DNA of 64,000 nucleotides from Flavobacteriaceae bacterium (GTDB lineage: Bacteria > Bacteroidota > Bacteroidia > Flavobacteriales > Flavobacteriaceae): assembly GCA_038119895.1 (NCBI GenBank), contig JAYOKR010000001.1, forward strand, positions 72,853 through 136,852, written 5' to 3'. Position numbers and translations under genes: made by a program. The notes under the pieces are model-generated. The model saw only the letters and a program-made list of their open reading frames with translations. It searched no databases and was not told the DNA's origin. Below are positions 29,711-40,363 of this stretch, in pieces; within the stretch, counting starts at the first letter, position 1, and each line of letters starts with the position of its first letter.

Positions 29711-31056
29711 AAAAATTAAGCTTTAAAAATTATTTTTTTATTGGAATTGGAGGAATTGGTATGTCTTCTCTTGCTAGGTATTTAAAGCTTAAAGAAAAAA
29801 ATGTTTCAGGGTATGACTTAAATAAATCAAAAATAACAAATCAATTAAACGATTTAGAAATTAAAACAATATATAGAGAACAAATCGATTTAATAGAAAA
29901 AATTTATCTAAATGTTAAGGATACTCTCATTGTTTATACGCCTGCTATCCAACCTGATAATATTTTGTATAAGTATTTTGTTAAAAATAATTTCAAGATA
30001 ATTAAGAGATCAGATTTATTGCAATTAATAACTCATGATAAGTTTACAATTGCTGTTTCTGGAACTCATGGAAAAACAACAGTTACTAGTCTTTTGACAA
30101 ATATTTTTTCATACTCTGATATTGAATTTACTTCTTTTTCAGGCGGTATAATGAAAAACTTTAATTCAAACTTACATGTTCAAGGTGATAAAATTTTTAT
30201 TGTTGAAGCAGATGAATATGATAAATCTTTTTTAAAACTTAATCCTGATATACTATGTATAAATAATATCGATGAGGATCATTTAGATGTATATGATGAT
30301 TATAATGATTTAATATTTTCATTTGAAAAGTTTATAAAACTAATTAAGCATGGTGGTAGTTTAATTTTTAATGAGAATTTAAACTTTAATGGAAAGAGTT
30401 TTGGTATTAAGAAAGAATCAAATTATAGACTTCACAATGTTGCTTTTAAAAATTTAAAGTCAATATTCGATGTTGAATATGAAAATAAATTTTTAAAAAA
30501 TATTGAACTTAATATGGTTGGATTTCATAATTGTTTAAATGCTGTAGCTGCTATAGCTATTTCATTAGAGTTTAATATTTCCACAGAAATAATAAAAAAA
30601 GGATTAAAAGAATTTAAAGGAGTTGAAAGAAGATTTTCAGTTGAATTGACCGATCCAGTAATTTATATTGATGATTACGCACATCATCCAAATGAAATAA
30701 TAAGTGTATATAAAACCCTTTCTGATTTATTTCCAGAAAAGAAAAAATTTGCAATTTTTCAACCTCATCTTTACTCGAGAACAAGAGATTTTATGGATGA
30801 TTTTGCAAGCAGCCTAAGTTATTTCGATAAGGTAGCATTATTAGATATTTATCCTGCTAGAGAGGAATCTATTCCTGGAGTTAGTTCAGAAAAATTACTT
30901 GAAAAAATTAAAGTTTTTGATAAATCATTGACGGATGAAAAAGGTATAATTAATATTCTTAATCAAAATGAAAATGAGGTTGTTGTTACCATGGGCGCAG
31001 GTGATATAGGAAATCTTGTTAAAAAAATAAAAAAAGAAATAGAAGTTGAAATTTAA
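29707..31056 (+). CDS. murC: UDP-N-acetylmuramate--L-alanine ligase
   Basis: GIGGIGMS and GTHGKTT motifs. Confidence 0.9.
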   Translation: MKKLSFKNYFFIGIGGIGMSSLARYLKLKEKNVSGYDLNKSKITNQLNDLEIKTIYREQIDLIEKIYLNVKDTLIVYTPAIQPDNILYKYFVKNNFKIIKRSDLLQLITHDKFTIAVSGTHGKTTVTSLLTNIFSYSDIEFTSFSGGIMKNFNSNLHVQGDKIFIVEADEYDKSFLKLNPDILCINNIDEDHLDVYDDYNDLIFSFEKFIKLIKHGGSLIFNENLNFNGKSFGIKKESNYRLHNVAFKNLKSIFDVEYENKFLKNIELNMVGFHNCLNAVAAIAISLEFNISTEIIKKGLKEFKGVERRFSVELTDPVIYIDDYAHHPNEIISVYKTLSDLFPEKKKFAIFQPHLYSRTRDFMDDFASSLSYFDKVALLDIYPAREESIPGVSSEKLLEKIKVFDKSLTDEKGIINILNQNENEVVVTMGAGDIGNLVKKIKKEIEVEI

Positions 31057-31759
31057 AATATTAAATATTGTTTTTGTTTTAATAAATATCATAATTATAA
31101 GTGGTATAATATTTTTCAATTTGAATAATGCCTCAAACAAATTAATTTTTAATGAAAAAAATATTCAACTTTCTTCAAATAACTTTATAAACGACGATTT
31201 TATTAAGATTAATTTATTAGAATATTATAACAGCTTAGATTCAATAAGTGCCGACATACAAACTATATATGAAATTGAACAAATTATAAATCAAATTCCT
31301 TTTGTAAAAAAGGCAGATGTTTATATGACCGTTAATTCAGAATTAAATATTCAAATTGAAGAAAAAAAACCACTATTGAATTTGTTTAATTCTGATTATT
31401 TGCTTTCAGAAAACGGAGTTTTAATACCTAAGATTGATTCTTTAAATATTGACTTAATTAGCTTTTTTGGCGAAATAGATCCTACTATATTTAGAAACCT
31501 TTCAAATCTTACAAAAACGATCAATAAAGATAATTTTTTGAAAGATCATATCAAATATATTTACTCTGATAGTTCAAACTTTTATTTAAGTGTCAATATG
31601 TTTGATTATAATATTAAACTAGGAAGTTTAGAAAATATTTCTGAAAAATTAAATAACTATAAGGCATTTATAGCATCAAAAATTGATGATGAAATTCTTA
31701 ACAAATATTCTCAACTGAACTTAAATTTTAACAAACAAGTAATTGCTCAAAAAAAATAA
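31046..31759 (+). CDS. ftsQ: Cell-division protein FtsQ
   Basis: Single N-terminal transmembrane segment plus a POTRA-like region. Lies between murC and ftsA. The call is partly positional. Confidence 0.7.
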   Translation: MKFKILNIVFVLINIIIISGIIFFNLNNASNKLIFNEKNIQLSSNNFINDDFIKINLLEYYNSLDSISADIQTIYEIEQIINQIPFVKKADVYMTVNSELNIQIEEKKPLLNLFNSDYLLSENGVLIPKIDSLNIDLISFFGEIDPTIFRNLSNLTKTINKDNFLKDHIKYIYSDSSNFYLSVNMFDYNIKLGSLENISEKLNNYKAFIASKIDDEILNKYSQLNLNFNKQVIAQKK

Positions 31760-31760
31760 T

Positions 31761-33071
31761 ATGGAAAAAAATCAATTGTTTATTGGATTGGATATCGGAA
31801 CAACTAAAATAGTTGCTATGATTGGAGAGTTAAATGAGTATGATAAATTAAAAATCATAGGTATTGGTAAATCTAAAAGTCTAGGAGTCCATAGAGGAGT
31901 TGTAAACAATATAACACAAACAATTCAGTCTATACAATTAGCTGTTGAAGAAGCTGAATTAAATTCAAAACATAAAATTGATAAAGTTGTTGTAGGTATT
32001 GCTGGTCAACATATTAGAAGCTTACAGCACAGCGATTACATAACAAGAGAACATTCAGATCAGGTAATAACTGAGGAAGATGTTGAGAAACTAATATCTC
32101 ATGTCTACAAATTAGTAATGTTACCAGGTGAAGAAATAATTCATGTCTTGCCTCAAGATTATAAAGTTGATGGTCAAGGTGAAATAAAAGAACCAATTGG
32201 TATGTTTGGTTCACGTGTTGAAGCAAGTTTTCATGTTGTCGTTGGTCAAGTTAGTTCAATAAAAAATATTGCAAGATGTGTGAAATCTGCGGGAATTGAT
32301 TTTGATGGGATTACTTTAGAACCTTTAGCTTCAGCAGATGCTGTTTTGAGTAGGGAAGAGAAAGAAGCTGGAGTAGCTCTGATAGATATCGGTGGAGGAA
32401 CTACTGACTTAGCAATTTTCAAGGATGGAATAATCAGACATACAGCTGTAATTCCTTTTGGAGGAAATATAATTACTGAAGATATTAAGGAGGGATGTTC
32501 CATTATTGAAAAACAAGCTGAACTATTGAAGGTCAAATTTGGTTCAGCATGGCCTGGCGAGAATAAGGAAAATGAAATAGTTTCTATACCCGGATTAAGA
32601 GGTAGAGATCCAAAAGAAATTACTTTGAAAAACCTATCTAAAATAATAAACGCACGAGTCATTGAAATTATAGAGCAGGTTTACATGGAAATTAAAAATT
32701 ATGGACATGATCAGCAAAAAAAGAAATTGATAGCTGGAATTGTTCTTACTGGTGGTGGAAGCCAACTAAAACACTTAAAACAATGCGTTGAGTTGGTTAC
32801 TGGAATGGATACTAGATTGGGTCAGCCAAACGAACACCTAGCTGGAAATAATTCAATTGAGATTTCAAATCCAACATATGCTACAGCTGTTGGCTTAGTC
32901 ATGAATTCAATGAATAAAAGAAAAAATAAAAACTTAGAAAACAGAGAAGAGGAAGTCAAATCAGAATATAAAGAAAATAAAGAAATTAATCTTTCAAATT
33001 CAAATAATAAAAATTCAGTATTTGAAAAATTTACTGAGAAAATAAAAACATTTTTAGAAAACGCAGAATAA
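31761..33071 (+). CDS. ftsA: Cell-division protein FtsA
   Basis: Actin-fold motifs GLDIGTTKIVA and IDIGGGTTD. The ATG at 31761 (1 nt after the ftsQ stop) is preferred over the TTG at 31743. Confidence 0.9.
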   Translation: MEKNQLFIGLDIGTTKIVAMIGELNEYDKLKIIGIGKSKSLGVHRGVVNNITQTIQSIQLAVEEAELNSKHKIDKVVVGIAGQHIRSLQHSDYITREHSDQVITEEDVEKLISHVYKLVMLPGEEIIHVLPQDYKVDGQGEIKEPIGMFGSRVEASFHVVVGQVSSIKNIARCVKSAGIDFDGITLEPLASADAVLSREEKEAGVALIDIGGGTTDLAIFKDGIIRHTAVIPFGGNIITEDIKEGCSIIEKQAELLKVKFGSAWPGENKENEIVSIPGLRGRDPKEITLKNLSKIINARVIEIIEQVYMEIKNYGHDQQKKKLIAGIVLTGGGSQLKHLKQCVELVTGMDTRLGQPNEHLAGNNSIEISNPTYATAVGLVMNSMNKRKNKNLENREEEVKSEYKENKEINLSNSNNKNSVFEKFTEKIKTFLENAE

Positions 33072-33080
33072 CATACAACT

Positions 33081-34856
33081 ATGAATTTTAATCAAGATCT
33101 AAACAATTTATCATTTGATTTACCAAAAAATCAAAGTAATGTAATTAAAGTAATTGGAGTTGGCGGCGGCGGTAGTAATGCAATCAATCACATGTATTCC
33201 AAAGGAATCAAAGGAGTGGATTATGTTGTTTGTAATACAGATGCTCAGGCTTTGGAAAACAGTAATGTTCCTAATAAAATCCAGTTAGGTGTTAACCTTA
33301 CAGAAGGTTTAGGCGCAGGTGCAAATCCAATTGTTGGAGAAAAAGCAGCTATTGAAAACTTGAATGAAATAAAAAGTATGCTTGAAAATAATACAAAAAT
33401 GGTATTTATAACAGCTGGAATGGGCGGAGGAACAGGAACAGGAGCAGCTCCAATTATTTCAAAATTAGCTATGGAAATGAATATCCTTACAGTCGGAATT
33501 GTTACTATGCCTTTTGTTTTTGAAGGACAAAATAGAATTAGTCAAGCTAACATTGGTTTAGATAAACTAAGAAAAAATGTTGATGCCTTAATCGTTGTAA
33601 ATAATAATAAATTAAGAGAAGTATATGGAAATTTAGGTGTAAAGCAGGGTTTTTCTAAAGCAGATGAAGTTTTGGCGACTGCTGCTAAGGGAATAGCCGA
33701 AGTTATAACACATCACTACACCCAAAATATTGATTTAAAAGATGCAAAAACTGTGTTATCAAAAAGTGGAAATGCCATAATGGGTTCTGCAGGATCATCT
33801 GGCGAAAAAAGAGCAATAAAAGCAGTTTCAAATGCACTAGATTCACCTTTACTCAATGATAATAGTATTAAGGGTGCTAAAAATGTATTGTTGCTAATTC
33901 TTTCTGGTTCTAGTGAGGTTACAATAGATGAGATAGGTTTAATTAACGACTATATACAAGAAACAGCAGGAAATAATGTCAACATAATTATGGGTATGGG
34001 TGAAGATCAATCAATGACTGATGAAATTTCGGTAACTGTAATTGCAACCGGCTTTGATATAAATCAACAAGATGAAATTATTCATGTGAATCCAAAGAAA
34101 AAAATTCATTATTTAGATGAAGAAAGGGAAGTGACCGAAGACTTTAAAAAGGAAAAAAATATAACCCCATTTCAATTTGATTTTGCATCATCTGAAATTG
34201 ATTTTAAAAACACCCATTTTCAAAACACCTCTCAGGCTGAAAAAGAAGAGTTGTCAAAAATTAATTTGAATGATTTTGAAGTTGATTTTGAAGAAATAAA
34301 ATTTGATGATAATAAAATTATTGCAGAAAGAGTTGAAACAAATTTAAAGGATATTATTGTAAATGAATTTGAACATGTTAAGTCAGAGGAAAATTTTTTA
34401 AAATTTGATTTAAATAATACATATCAGTATTCAACTAATAATGAAAAGATTGTACACATACTTGAAGAGGATGTTAATGATATTCAAGTTGTTGATCCAA
34501 TGCAAATTATACCTTTAACAACTATTGATAACGGTGAGGAACTTGAAACTTCTAAAGAAATCGAGCCAGCAAATAAATCAGAAATTACTGATGAAAATCC
34601 ATTTGAAAATCCAATCGCAAAAAGTTTGGCAAAAAGAACAGAAGAAAGAAAGATTAAGTTAAAGGAATTTAATTATAAATTTGCTAAAGCTAAAAGAATA
34701 GAGGATATGGAAAGTGAACCTGCTTATAAAAGAGCAGGAGTTAATTTTGAAAATTATGAATCGACTTCAAAATCATTTTCTAAAATTGAAGAAAATATTG
34801 ATGGTGATTTAGAACTAAAAACTAATAATTCATTTCTTCACGATAACGTAGATTAA
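33081..34856 (+). CDS. ftsZ: Cell-division GTPase FtsZ (long acidic linker, Bacteroidota-type C-terminus)
   Basis: GVGGGGSNA and tubulin signature GMGGGTGTGAAP. C-terminal ..NSFLHDNVD. Confidence 0.95.
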   Translation: MNFNQDLNNLSFDLPKNQSNVIKVIGVGGGGSNAINHMYSKGIKGVDYVVCNTDAQALENSNVPNKIQLGVNLTEGLGAGANPIVGEKAAIENLNEIKSMLENNTKMVFITAGMGGGTGTGAAPIISKLAMEMNILTVGIVTMPFVFEGQNRISQANIGLDKLRKNVDALIVVNNNKLREVYGNLGVKQGFSKADEVLATAAKGIAEVITHHYTQNIDLKDAKTVLSKSGNAIMGSAGSSGEKRAIKAVSNALDSPLLNDNSIKGAKNVLLLILSGSSEVTIDEIGLINDYIQETAGNNVNIIMGMGEDQSMTDEISVTVIATGFDINQQDEIIHVNPKKKIHYLDEEREVTEDFKKEKNITPFQFDFASSEIDFKNTHFQNTSQAEKEELSKINLNDFEVDFEEIKFDDNKIIAERVETNLKDIIVNEFEHVKSEENFLKFDLNNTYQYSTNNEKIVHILEEDVNDIQVVDPMQIIPLTTIDNGEELETSKEIEPANKSEITDENPFENPIAKSLAKRTEERKIKLKEFNYKFAKAKRIEDMESEPAYKRAGVNFENYESTSKSFSKIEENIDGDLELKTNNSFLHDNVD

Positions 34857-34859
34857 ATT

Positions 34860-35309
34860 ATGAGCTTAAAAACTAAAATTGGAAAAGAGATTATTTCAGC
34901 TATGAAATCCAAAGATTCATTGAGATTGGAATCATTAAGAGCTATTAAATCAGCAATAATTTTATTCGAAACAAAATCTGGTTTAAAATCTGATCCTTCA
35001 ATTGAAGATGAAATAGCTTTATTGCAGAAATTAGTTAAACAAAGAAAGGAAAGTGCAACTATTTTTAACTCTCAAGGAAGAGTTGACCTTGCCGAAAAAG
35101 AGATTGCACAAGAAAGAATAATCTCAGAATTTCTTCCAAAACAATTATCAATTGAAGAAGTAACAATCATTATCAAAGAGATAGTAAAAACAACAAAATC
35201 TGAAGGCATGAAAGATATGGGGAAAGTGATGGGTTTAGCTACAAAAGAACTTTCTGGAAAATCTGACGGAAAGACTATTTCAGAAATTGTACGGAGTATT
35301 CTAAACTAA
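34860..35309 (+). CDS. GatB/YqeY domain protein
   Basis: 149 aa. ..AMKSKDSLRLESLRAIKSAI.. is typical of the YqeY family. Confidence 0.8.
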   Translation: MSLKTKIGKEIISAMKSKDSLRLESLRAIKSAIILFETKSGLKSDPSIEDEIALLQKLVKQRKESATIFNSQGRVDLAEKEIAQERIISEFLPKQLSIEEVTIIIKEIVKTTKSEGMKDMGKVMGLATKELSGKSDGKTISEIVRSILN

Positions 35310-35317
35310 TCAACAAT

Positions 35318-35391
35318 GGCCAAGTAGTTCAACTGGATAGAACATCAGATTTCGGCTCTGACGGTTGAGGGTTCGAATCCTTCCTTGGTCA
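35318..35391 (+). tRNA. tRNA-Arg (anticodon UCG)
   Basis: Hand-folded cloverleaf. Acceptor GGCCAAG/CTTGGTC (one G-U), D stem GTTC/GAAC, anticodon stem TCAGA/TCTGA, loop TTTCGGC (UCG, G37), T arm GAGGG-TTCGAAT-CCTTC, discriminator A. No encoded CCA. Confidence 0.9.
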
Positions 35392-35398
35392 CAAAGAA

Positions 35399-36763
35399 TT
35401 ATTTTTCATTCTTTATATATAGATTACACATATAAAAAAATCTCATCGATAAAAAAATCGATGCAGATATTAATCCAATTAAAAAACCAATCCAAACTCC
35501 AACTACATCTAAATCAGTGAATAAAGCTAAATATACCATTACTGGTAATCCTATTATGATATAACTTAAAAAACTTATTATTGAAGGAATTTTCACATCT
35601 TGTATTCCACGGAGTGCTCCTTGAGCAACAATTTGTATTCCATCAAAAATTTGCAGTAATGCAACTATAAGTAATAATTTTGATGAAATATTTGCAGTTT
35701 CGATTATGTCTTCTTTAGTCACATTTTCAAGGTATAGCCATGGTAACAAATCAGAAAGCGAAATAAAAACCAATGCAAAAACTATTTCAATTAGAATCAC
35801 CATTAAAAAAATAGATATTGCTATTCTCTTGAGGTTTAAAAAATCATTGATTCCTTTCTGATTCCCTACTCGGATTGTAGCGGTAACACTTAACCCTAGA
35901 GCAACCATAAATGTTATTGTTGAAAGATTCAACGCAATTTGATTTGCAGCTTGTTCGTTTGTACCTATTATTCCACAAACCCATATTCCAGAAATAAAGA
36001 ATCCAACCTCAAATAAAACTTGTAAAGCAGAAGGGTAACCTAAATTGAAAATTTTTGACATGATGGCTTTTGTAAACTTTAAAAGTTTAAAATTTTCAAA
36101 ATATTTTTGAAGGTTACCAGAATTTTTGATAAGATATATAATTATTAAAACCATAAATATTCTAGAAATAAATGTTCCAATTCCAGCTCCCACTAGCTCT
36201 AGTTTCGGAAACCCAAATTTTCCATAAATCAGTATATAGTTTAGTAAAACATTAATAATGTTTGCAATAATTGTAGAAATCATTGAAATTTTTGTTAGCG
36301 ATAATCCATCAGTAAATTGTTTAAAGCTTTGAAATAATACTAGAGGAATTAGCGATAGTGCGACCCAATTAATATATGGATTAGCAAGTTTTATAACATT
36401 TGGTGATTGACCCATTGAATTCAATAAAGGTTTTAAAGCTAAAACCCCTACTGTCAGGAAAATACCAAGTATTAAACATATTGTTACACTGTTTTCTAAT
36501 ATTGATTTAGATTTTATAAAATTTCTTTGTGCATTACTCTCTGCAATTAGAGGCGTAATTGCTGTTGAGAACCCAATGCCTATTGACATTGCCAAAAAAA
36601 CAAAACTATTTCCAAGTGATATTGCTGCTAGTTCTGCGGTTCCAAGTCTTCCAACCATTGCATTATCCACAAATTGAACAAGAGTATGTCCAACAAGGCC
36701 AATAATTACAGGATAGGCTAACTTATAATTATATGAAAATTCCTTAGTGTAGTTTTTAATCAA
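35399..36763 (-). CDS. MATE family efflux transporter
   Basis: 454 aa, about 12 predicted transmembrane helices, typical MATE N-terminus ..LAYPVIIGLVGHTLVQFVDNAMVGRLG. TTG start 7 nt after the M14 gene stop. Confidence 0.85.
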   Translation of the reverse strand: MIKNYTKEFSYNYKLAYPVIIGLVGHTLVQFVDNAMVGRLGTAELAAISLGNSFVFLAMSIGIGFSTAITPLIAESNAQRNFIKSKSILENSVTICLILGIFLTVGVLALKPLLNSMGQSPNVIKLANPYINWVALSLIPLVLFQSFKQFTDGLSLTKISMISTIIANIINVLLNYILIYGKFGFPKLELVGAGIGTFISRIFMVLIIIYLIKNSGNLQKYFENFKLLKFTKAIMSKIFNLGYPSALQVLFEVGFFISGIWVCGIIGTNEQAANQIALNLSTITFMVALGLSVTATIRVGNQKGINDFLNLKRIAISIFLMVILIEIVFALVFISLSDLLPWLYLENVTKEDIIETANISSKLLLIVALLQIFDGIQIVAQGALRGIQDVKIPSIISFLSYIIIGLPVMVYLALFTDLDVVGVWIGFLIGLISASIFLSMRFFYMCNLYIKNEK

Positions 36764-36770
36764 TATCCAA

Positions 36771-39239
36771 TTACATTTTATTTGATAAATAAATAGAATT
36801 CATCAAAAGTCTATTTGTACCATACCAAAATGCTCTAAAGTTTGTATTGTCACTGAATAAAAATATTTTTCCAGAACCATATCTCTTAATTTTAAAGGGA
36901 ACACTCTTTTTTAATATTTCAGTATTTTCCTTTGAAATATAACCACTAAGTAATGGGTTGCTTGTATATGTTATAGGATTATTAAAACTATTTTCATCTG
37001 GTTTCATAAATATTGTATTATTACGAAAAGTCGGCAAATAATTAGATTTTATTCCAAAATTAATTGGATGACTTTTATCCAATGTGGTATTGAATATTGC
37101 ACCCCCAATCACTTGAGCACCTGAAAATTTTCCTCTGTCTTCATACTTAACATCTTTTGCGTTCATATTTTTGCTTAAGAACTCAATATCAATTAATTTA
37201 TTTCTATTTAACCAGTTAATAGAACCGCTGTAAGCAATTAGATTTCCGCCAGAATCTAGATATTCTTTTAATTTATTAATGTTAATTTGATTTCCAGAAT
37301 AATTAGGCAAAATAATATGAGAATACTTTGAAAGATTAACTCTATTAATATTTCCTACATCAATTTTTGTAATTAGAGTTTTGTATCTAGTGTCAAAAAG
37401 GTGCCATATTTCTCCAGCATCATATGATCGAATACCATCTCCTACTATTAATGCAACTTTGGGTTTATTTATCGTTGTAAATGAATTAGAACCAAAACCA
37501 ATATTATCTTCATATCCACCATTTAATCCATTAATATCGATTCCTGTTTCTTTTGAAATTTCTATTAGTATATCGTGTATTTCATTAGAACTTTTGGATT
37601 GACCAACAACAGGTATAAATAGACTTCCATAATCATACATTTTATTTTTAATAAAAATCTTTTTTGAACTTGATTTTACTCTAATGTTATTAATCAATAA
37701 TTTATTAATAAGTTTTGGAATATTGTAATCATGTGGTTCTATTAAATAACCATAGTTGGATAAACTATATACTTCTCCCACAGGTTTTTTAATATCACTT
37801 TCAATTATATTCAGGTCTTTTTTCAAAAAATCATAATTTAAATTAAATGCTAAAGGGAATGTCCAAGCTGAAACATCATAAAAAAGACTGTCCTTAAACT
37901 TTTTAGTTGTTTCAAACATTGCCTTAATTAATTTTGACTTGGGTTGATTTAATGATACATAATATTTATAATCTGCATCATCAGTTTCATTAACCTTGAT
38001 ATTATGTGTTCTTAATATTTTAGCAAGTTCATAGCTACTTGACTTATCTGAGTTATTACCAAATCCAATTCCTTTTATTTTCGAATTTTTTGATTCATTT
38101 ATACTTTCTAGGAAAAAATTGTTCATGTATTTCAGTAAATCAACTCTTATTGAACTTGATGCTTTTAGAGTAGATAAAAATGTAGTTAATTGATTTTTAA
38201 TTGTAAATGGAAATGTTAAAATTCCATTTTGACTCTCTTGAATATGGCCTCTTGAACTACCTTGCTCAAAAAGAATTCCAATACTACCATTTATATCAGG
38301 ATACGTAGAGCCTTTTCCAAAATAAAAATCATCATAGTTTTCTTTACTATAATAAAGACTTCCAATTTTATCAAGATACTCAGAATGAAATCCAGCTATT
38401 TTCTCAGTAAGCTTCTGATTATTAGTTGGAATCATAGGATTAACCCTATCAGGAATACCAGGTTGAAAGAAAAAAGTTGAATTTGTTCCCATTTCGTGAT
38501 GATCTGTTAAAACATTAGGCATCCATTTAATAAAAGTTTTAATTCTTGCCTTTGACTCGGGGAGTTGAACTGGAAGCCAGTCTCTATTCAAATCAAACCA
38601 GTAGTGATTTGTTCGCCCCCCAGGCCATACTTCCCTATACTCTCTATCATTAGAGTCTGGATTTAATGTTAGGCTCTTATTGGAGTTTGCCCAATATGCA
38701 AATCTTTGTAAACCATCAGGATTTAACGACGGATCAAATAGAATAACAGAGTTATCCAATATATCAATCAATTCTTGACTTTGAGATGCTGCTAAATAAT
38801 ATATTCCAAGTAAACTAGCATTTGAACCACTAGGCTCATTTCCATGAACAGAGAAGCCCTGATAAACAATTGCAGGCATATCATCGTAGTTAAGAATCTT
38901 CTCCCCTGAACTTAATCTCAAATGATTTTTTCTAATTTCCTCAATATTTTTTAAATTTTCAGGACTTGAAACTGTTAAAATGATTAGTGGTCTATCTTCA
39001 TAAGTTTTTCCAGTTTCATGAATTTTAACTCTGTCTGATTTATCTGCTATTTTATACATATAATCCACTAACTTGTCATGTGTGATATGCCATTCACCAA
39101 CCTCGTGACCAATAATCTCAGATGGTTTTGGAATTTTTGGATCAAAATTTAAATCACCATTAAAGTAGTACTCTAAACTTGTTTGTGAGTTAATTGTAAA
39201 ACTCAACAAAACAGTAATTAAATAAAGTGCTTTTTTCAT
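36771..39239 (-). CDS. Secreted M14-family zinc carboxypeptidase with a long C-terminal extension
   Basis: Signal peptide. HGNE (HxxE zinc ligands) in FSVHGNEPSG. Later ..LTDHHEMG. 822 aa. Confidence 0.75.
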   Translation of the reverse strand: MKKALYLITVLLSFTINSQTSLEYYFNGDLNFDPKIPKPSEIIGHEVGEWHITHDKLVDYMYKIADKSDRVKIHETGKTYEDRPLIILTVSSPENLKNIEEIRKNHLRLSSGEKILNYDDMPAIVYQGFSVHGNEPSGSNASLLGIYYLAASQSQELIDILDNSVILFDPSLNPDGLQRFAYWANSNKSLTLNPDSNDREYREVWPGGRTNHYWFDLNRDWLPVQLPESKARIKTFIKWMPNVLTDHHEMGTNSTFFFQPGIPDRVNPMIPTNNQKLTEKIAGFHSEYLDKIGSLYYSKENYDDFYFGKGSTYPDINGSIGILFEQGSSRGHIQESQNGILTFPFTIKNQLTTFLSTLKASSSIRVDLLKYMNNFFLESINESKNSKIKGIGFGNNSDKSSSYELAKILRTHNIKVNETDDADYKYYVSLNQPKSKLIKAMFETTKKFKDSLFYDVSAWTFPLAFNLNYDFLKKDLNIIESDIKKPVGEVYSLSNYGYLIEPHDYNIPKLINKLLINNIRVKSSSKKIFIKNKMYDYGSLFIPVVGQSKSSNEIHDILIEISKETGIDINGLNGGYEDNIGFGSNSFTTINKPKVALIVGDGIRSYDAGEIWHLFDTRYKTLITKIDVGNINRVNLSKYSHIILPNYSGNQININKLKEYLDSGGNLIAYSGSINWLNRNKLIDIEFLSKNMNAKDVKYEDRGKFSGAQVIGGAIFNTTLDKSHPINFGIKSNYLPTFRNNTIFMKPDENSFNNPITYTSNPLLSGYISKENTEILKKSVPFKIKRYGSGKIFLFSDNTNFRAFWYGTNRLLMNSIYLSNKM

Positions 39240-40363
39240 TGTACAGATATGTTTTTATTAATTTTTAAATTCTTTCTAGAACCAATCACATAATTAAGAA
39301 TTTCAAAAGGCATTTCAAGATTTTTAAGTCTGTCTCTTGTTTTAACATAAATTTCTAACTCAGATCTTGGAGCAATGTCAATATAATTAAATTCGGTATG
39401 AAATGTATATTCTCCAATATATTTTAACTTAAGTGGTGCTAACGAATGATTTTTTAATTTCACTTTTAGTATAGATTCAGCACTATTAAAAAAAGCATAA
39501 TCATACCCTTCACTAGTTACAGTGAAATTATTTTCAGCTACAATTTTCAAATTCTCTTCTTTACCAATGATTAAATCATGATACCAGACGAATGTATTAC
39601 CTTTAAAAAGAGCATCACTTGTAGATTTCATAGTTCTATTTTCAGAAATTATGAAGGTAAGAGGTCTATGATAGCTTTCTCTTTCATTTTTAAAATCCCA
39701 GTCAATTAAAACATGAACATCGCTTGTTCCAAGAATTGTTAAATCATTTTCTAAAGCTATGTCTAATGCTTCTTCGGAGAATGTAAACATATTTACAACC
39801 TCAATACCATGTAATAACTTTTTGTTAATTATCTCATTGTGTATTGGATCTAATTTTGCGATACCATCCGTTCTATTAGCTTCCCAATGAGGATGATTCC
39901 AAAAAACAAAAGCCCCTTGTTTATTGGCTTCTTTTATTGCTTTGTCAAATTCTAAAGCTTTTTTTTCTTTATCAAAAAATTTGTTTGCATCGCTAATAAA
40001 TATTGCATTGAAATGTCCCGGGGGCATTGGCTTTGTAATTTCAGTTCCATGAACAACTGCCAATGGCTGGTTTTTTACATAACCTCCAGCAATTTGGTAT
40101 GATCTATTTCTATCTGGATGAGGAATATCTCTTAAATGTGATTGATATTCAAGATGTTCAGTAAGTGATATCAGATCTATACTATCTCTCAGTGCTTCAT
40201 CAACTCTAATTGTAGGCCATACGCTGCCGTCAGAAAATACTGTATGAATATGTAAATCAGCAGAAATAAAAAATTTACCTTCTGGACTTTTAAAAAATGT
40301 TTTTACTCCTTGTCCATAATTTATTAGAGTAAACAATAATAAAATGTATTTTAATTTTTTCAT
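39236..40363 (-). CDS. Secreted PHP-domain metal-dependent phosphoesterase (Sb-PDE-like)
   Basis: Signal peptide. PHP motif ADLHIHTVFSDGSVWP, with further His clusters (WNHPHW, SDVHV). Confidence 0.65.
   Translation of the reverse strand: MKKLKYILLLFTLINYGQGVKTFFKSPEGKFFISADLHIHTVFSDGSVWPTIRVDEALRDSIDLISLTEHLEYQSHLRDIPHPDRNRSYQIAGGYVKNQPLAVVHGTEITKPMPPGHFNAIFISDANKFFDKEKKALEFDKAIKEANKQGAFVFWNHPHWEANRTDGIAKLDPIHNEIINKKLLHGIEVVNMFTFSEEALDIALENDLTILGTSDVHVLIDWDFKNERESYHRPLTFIISENRTMKSTSDALFKGNTFVWYHDLIIGKEENLKIVAENNFTVTSEGYDYAFFNSAESILKVKLKNHSLAPLKLKYIGEYTFHTEFNYIDIAPRSELEIYVKTRDRLKNLEMPFEILNYVIGSRKNLKINKNISVQ

Noticed and set aside
34080-34856. Unusually long FtsZ (591 aa) with an acidic, repeat-like linker of about 250 aa, including a GATTTTGAAG tandem.
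   Set aside because: A long disordered linker followed by a conserved ..SFLHDNVD C-terminal peptide is the normal state of Bacteroidota FtsZ. It is not specific to this genome.
20002-34856. The dcw cluster lacks murF and ddl.
   Set aside because: The order mraZ-rsmH-ftsL-ftsI-murE-mraY-murD-ftsW-murG-murC-ftsQ-ftsA-ftsZ, with murF and ddl elsewhere, is as far as I recall the usual Bacteroidota arrangement. These genes are most likely encoded outside the window.
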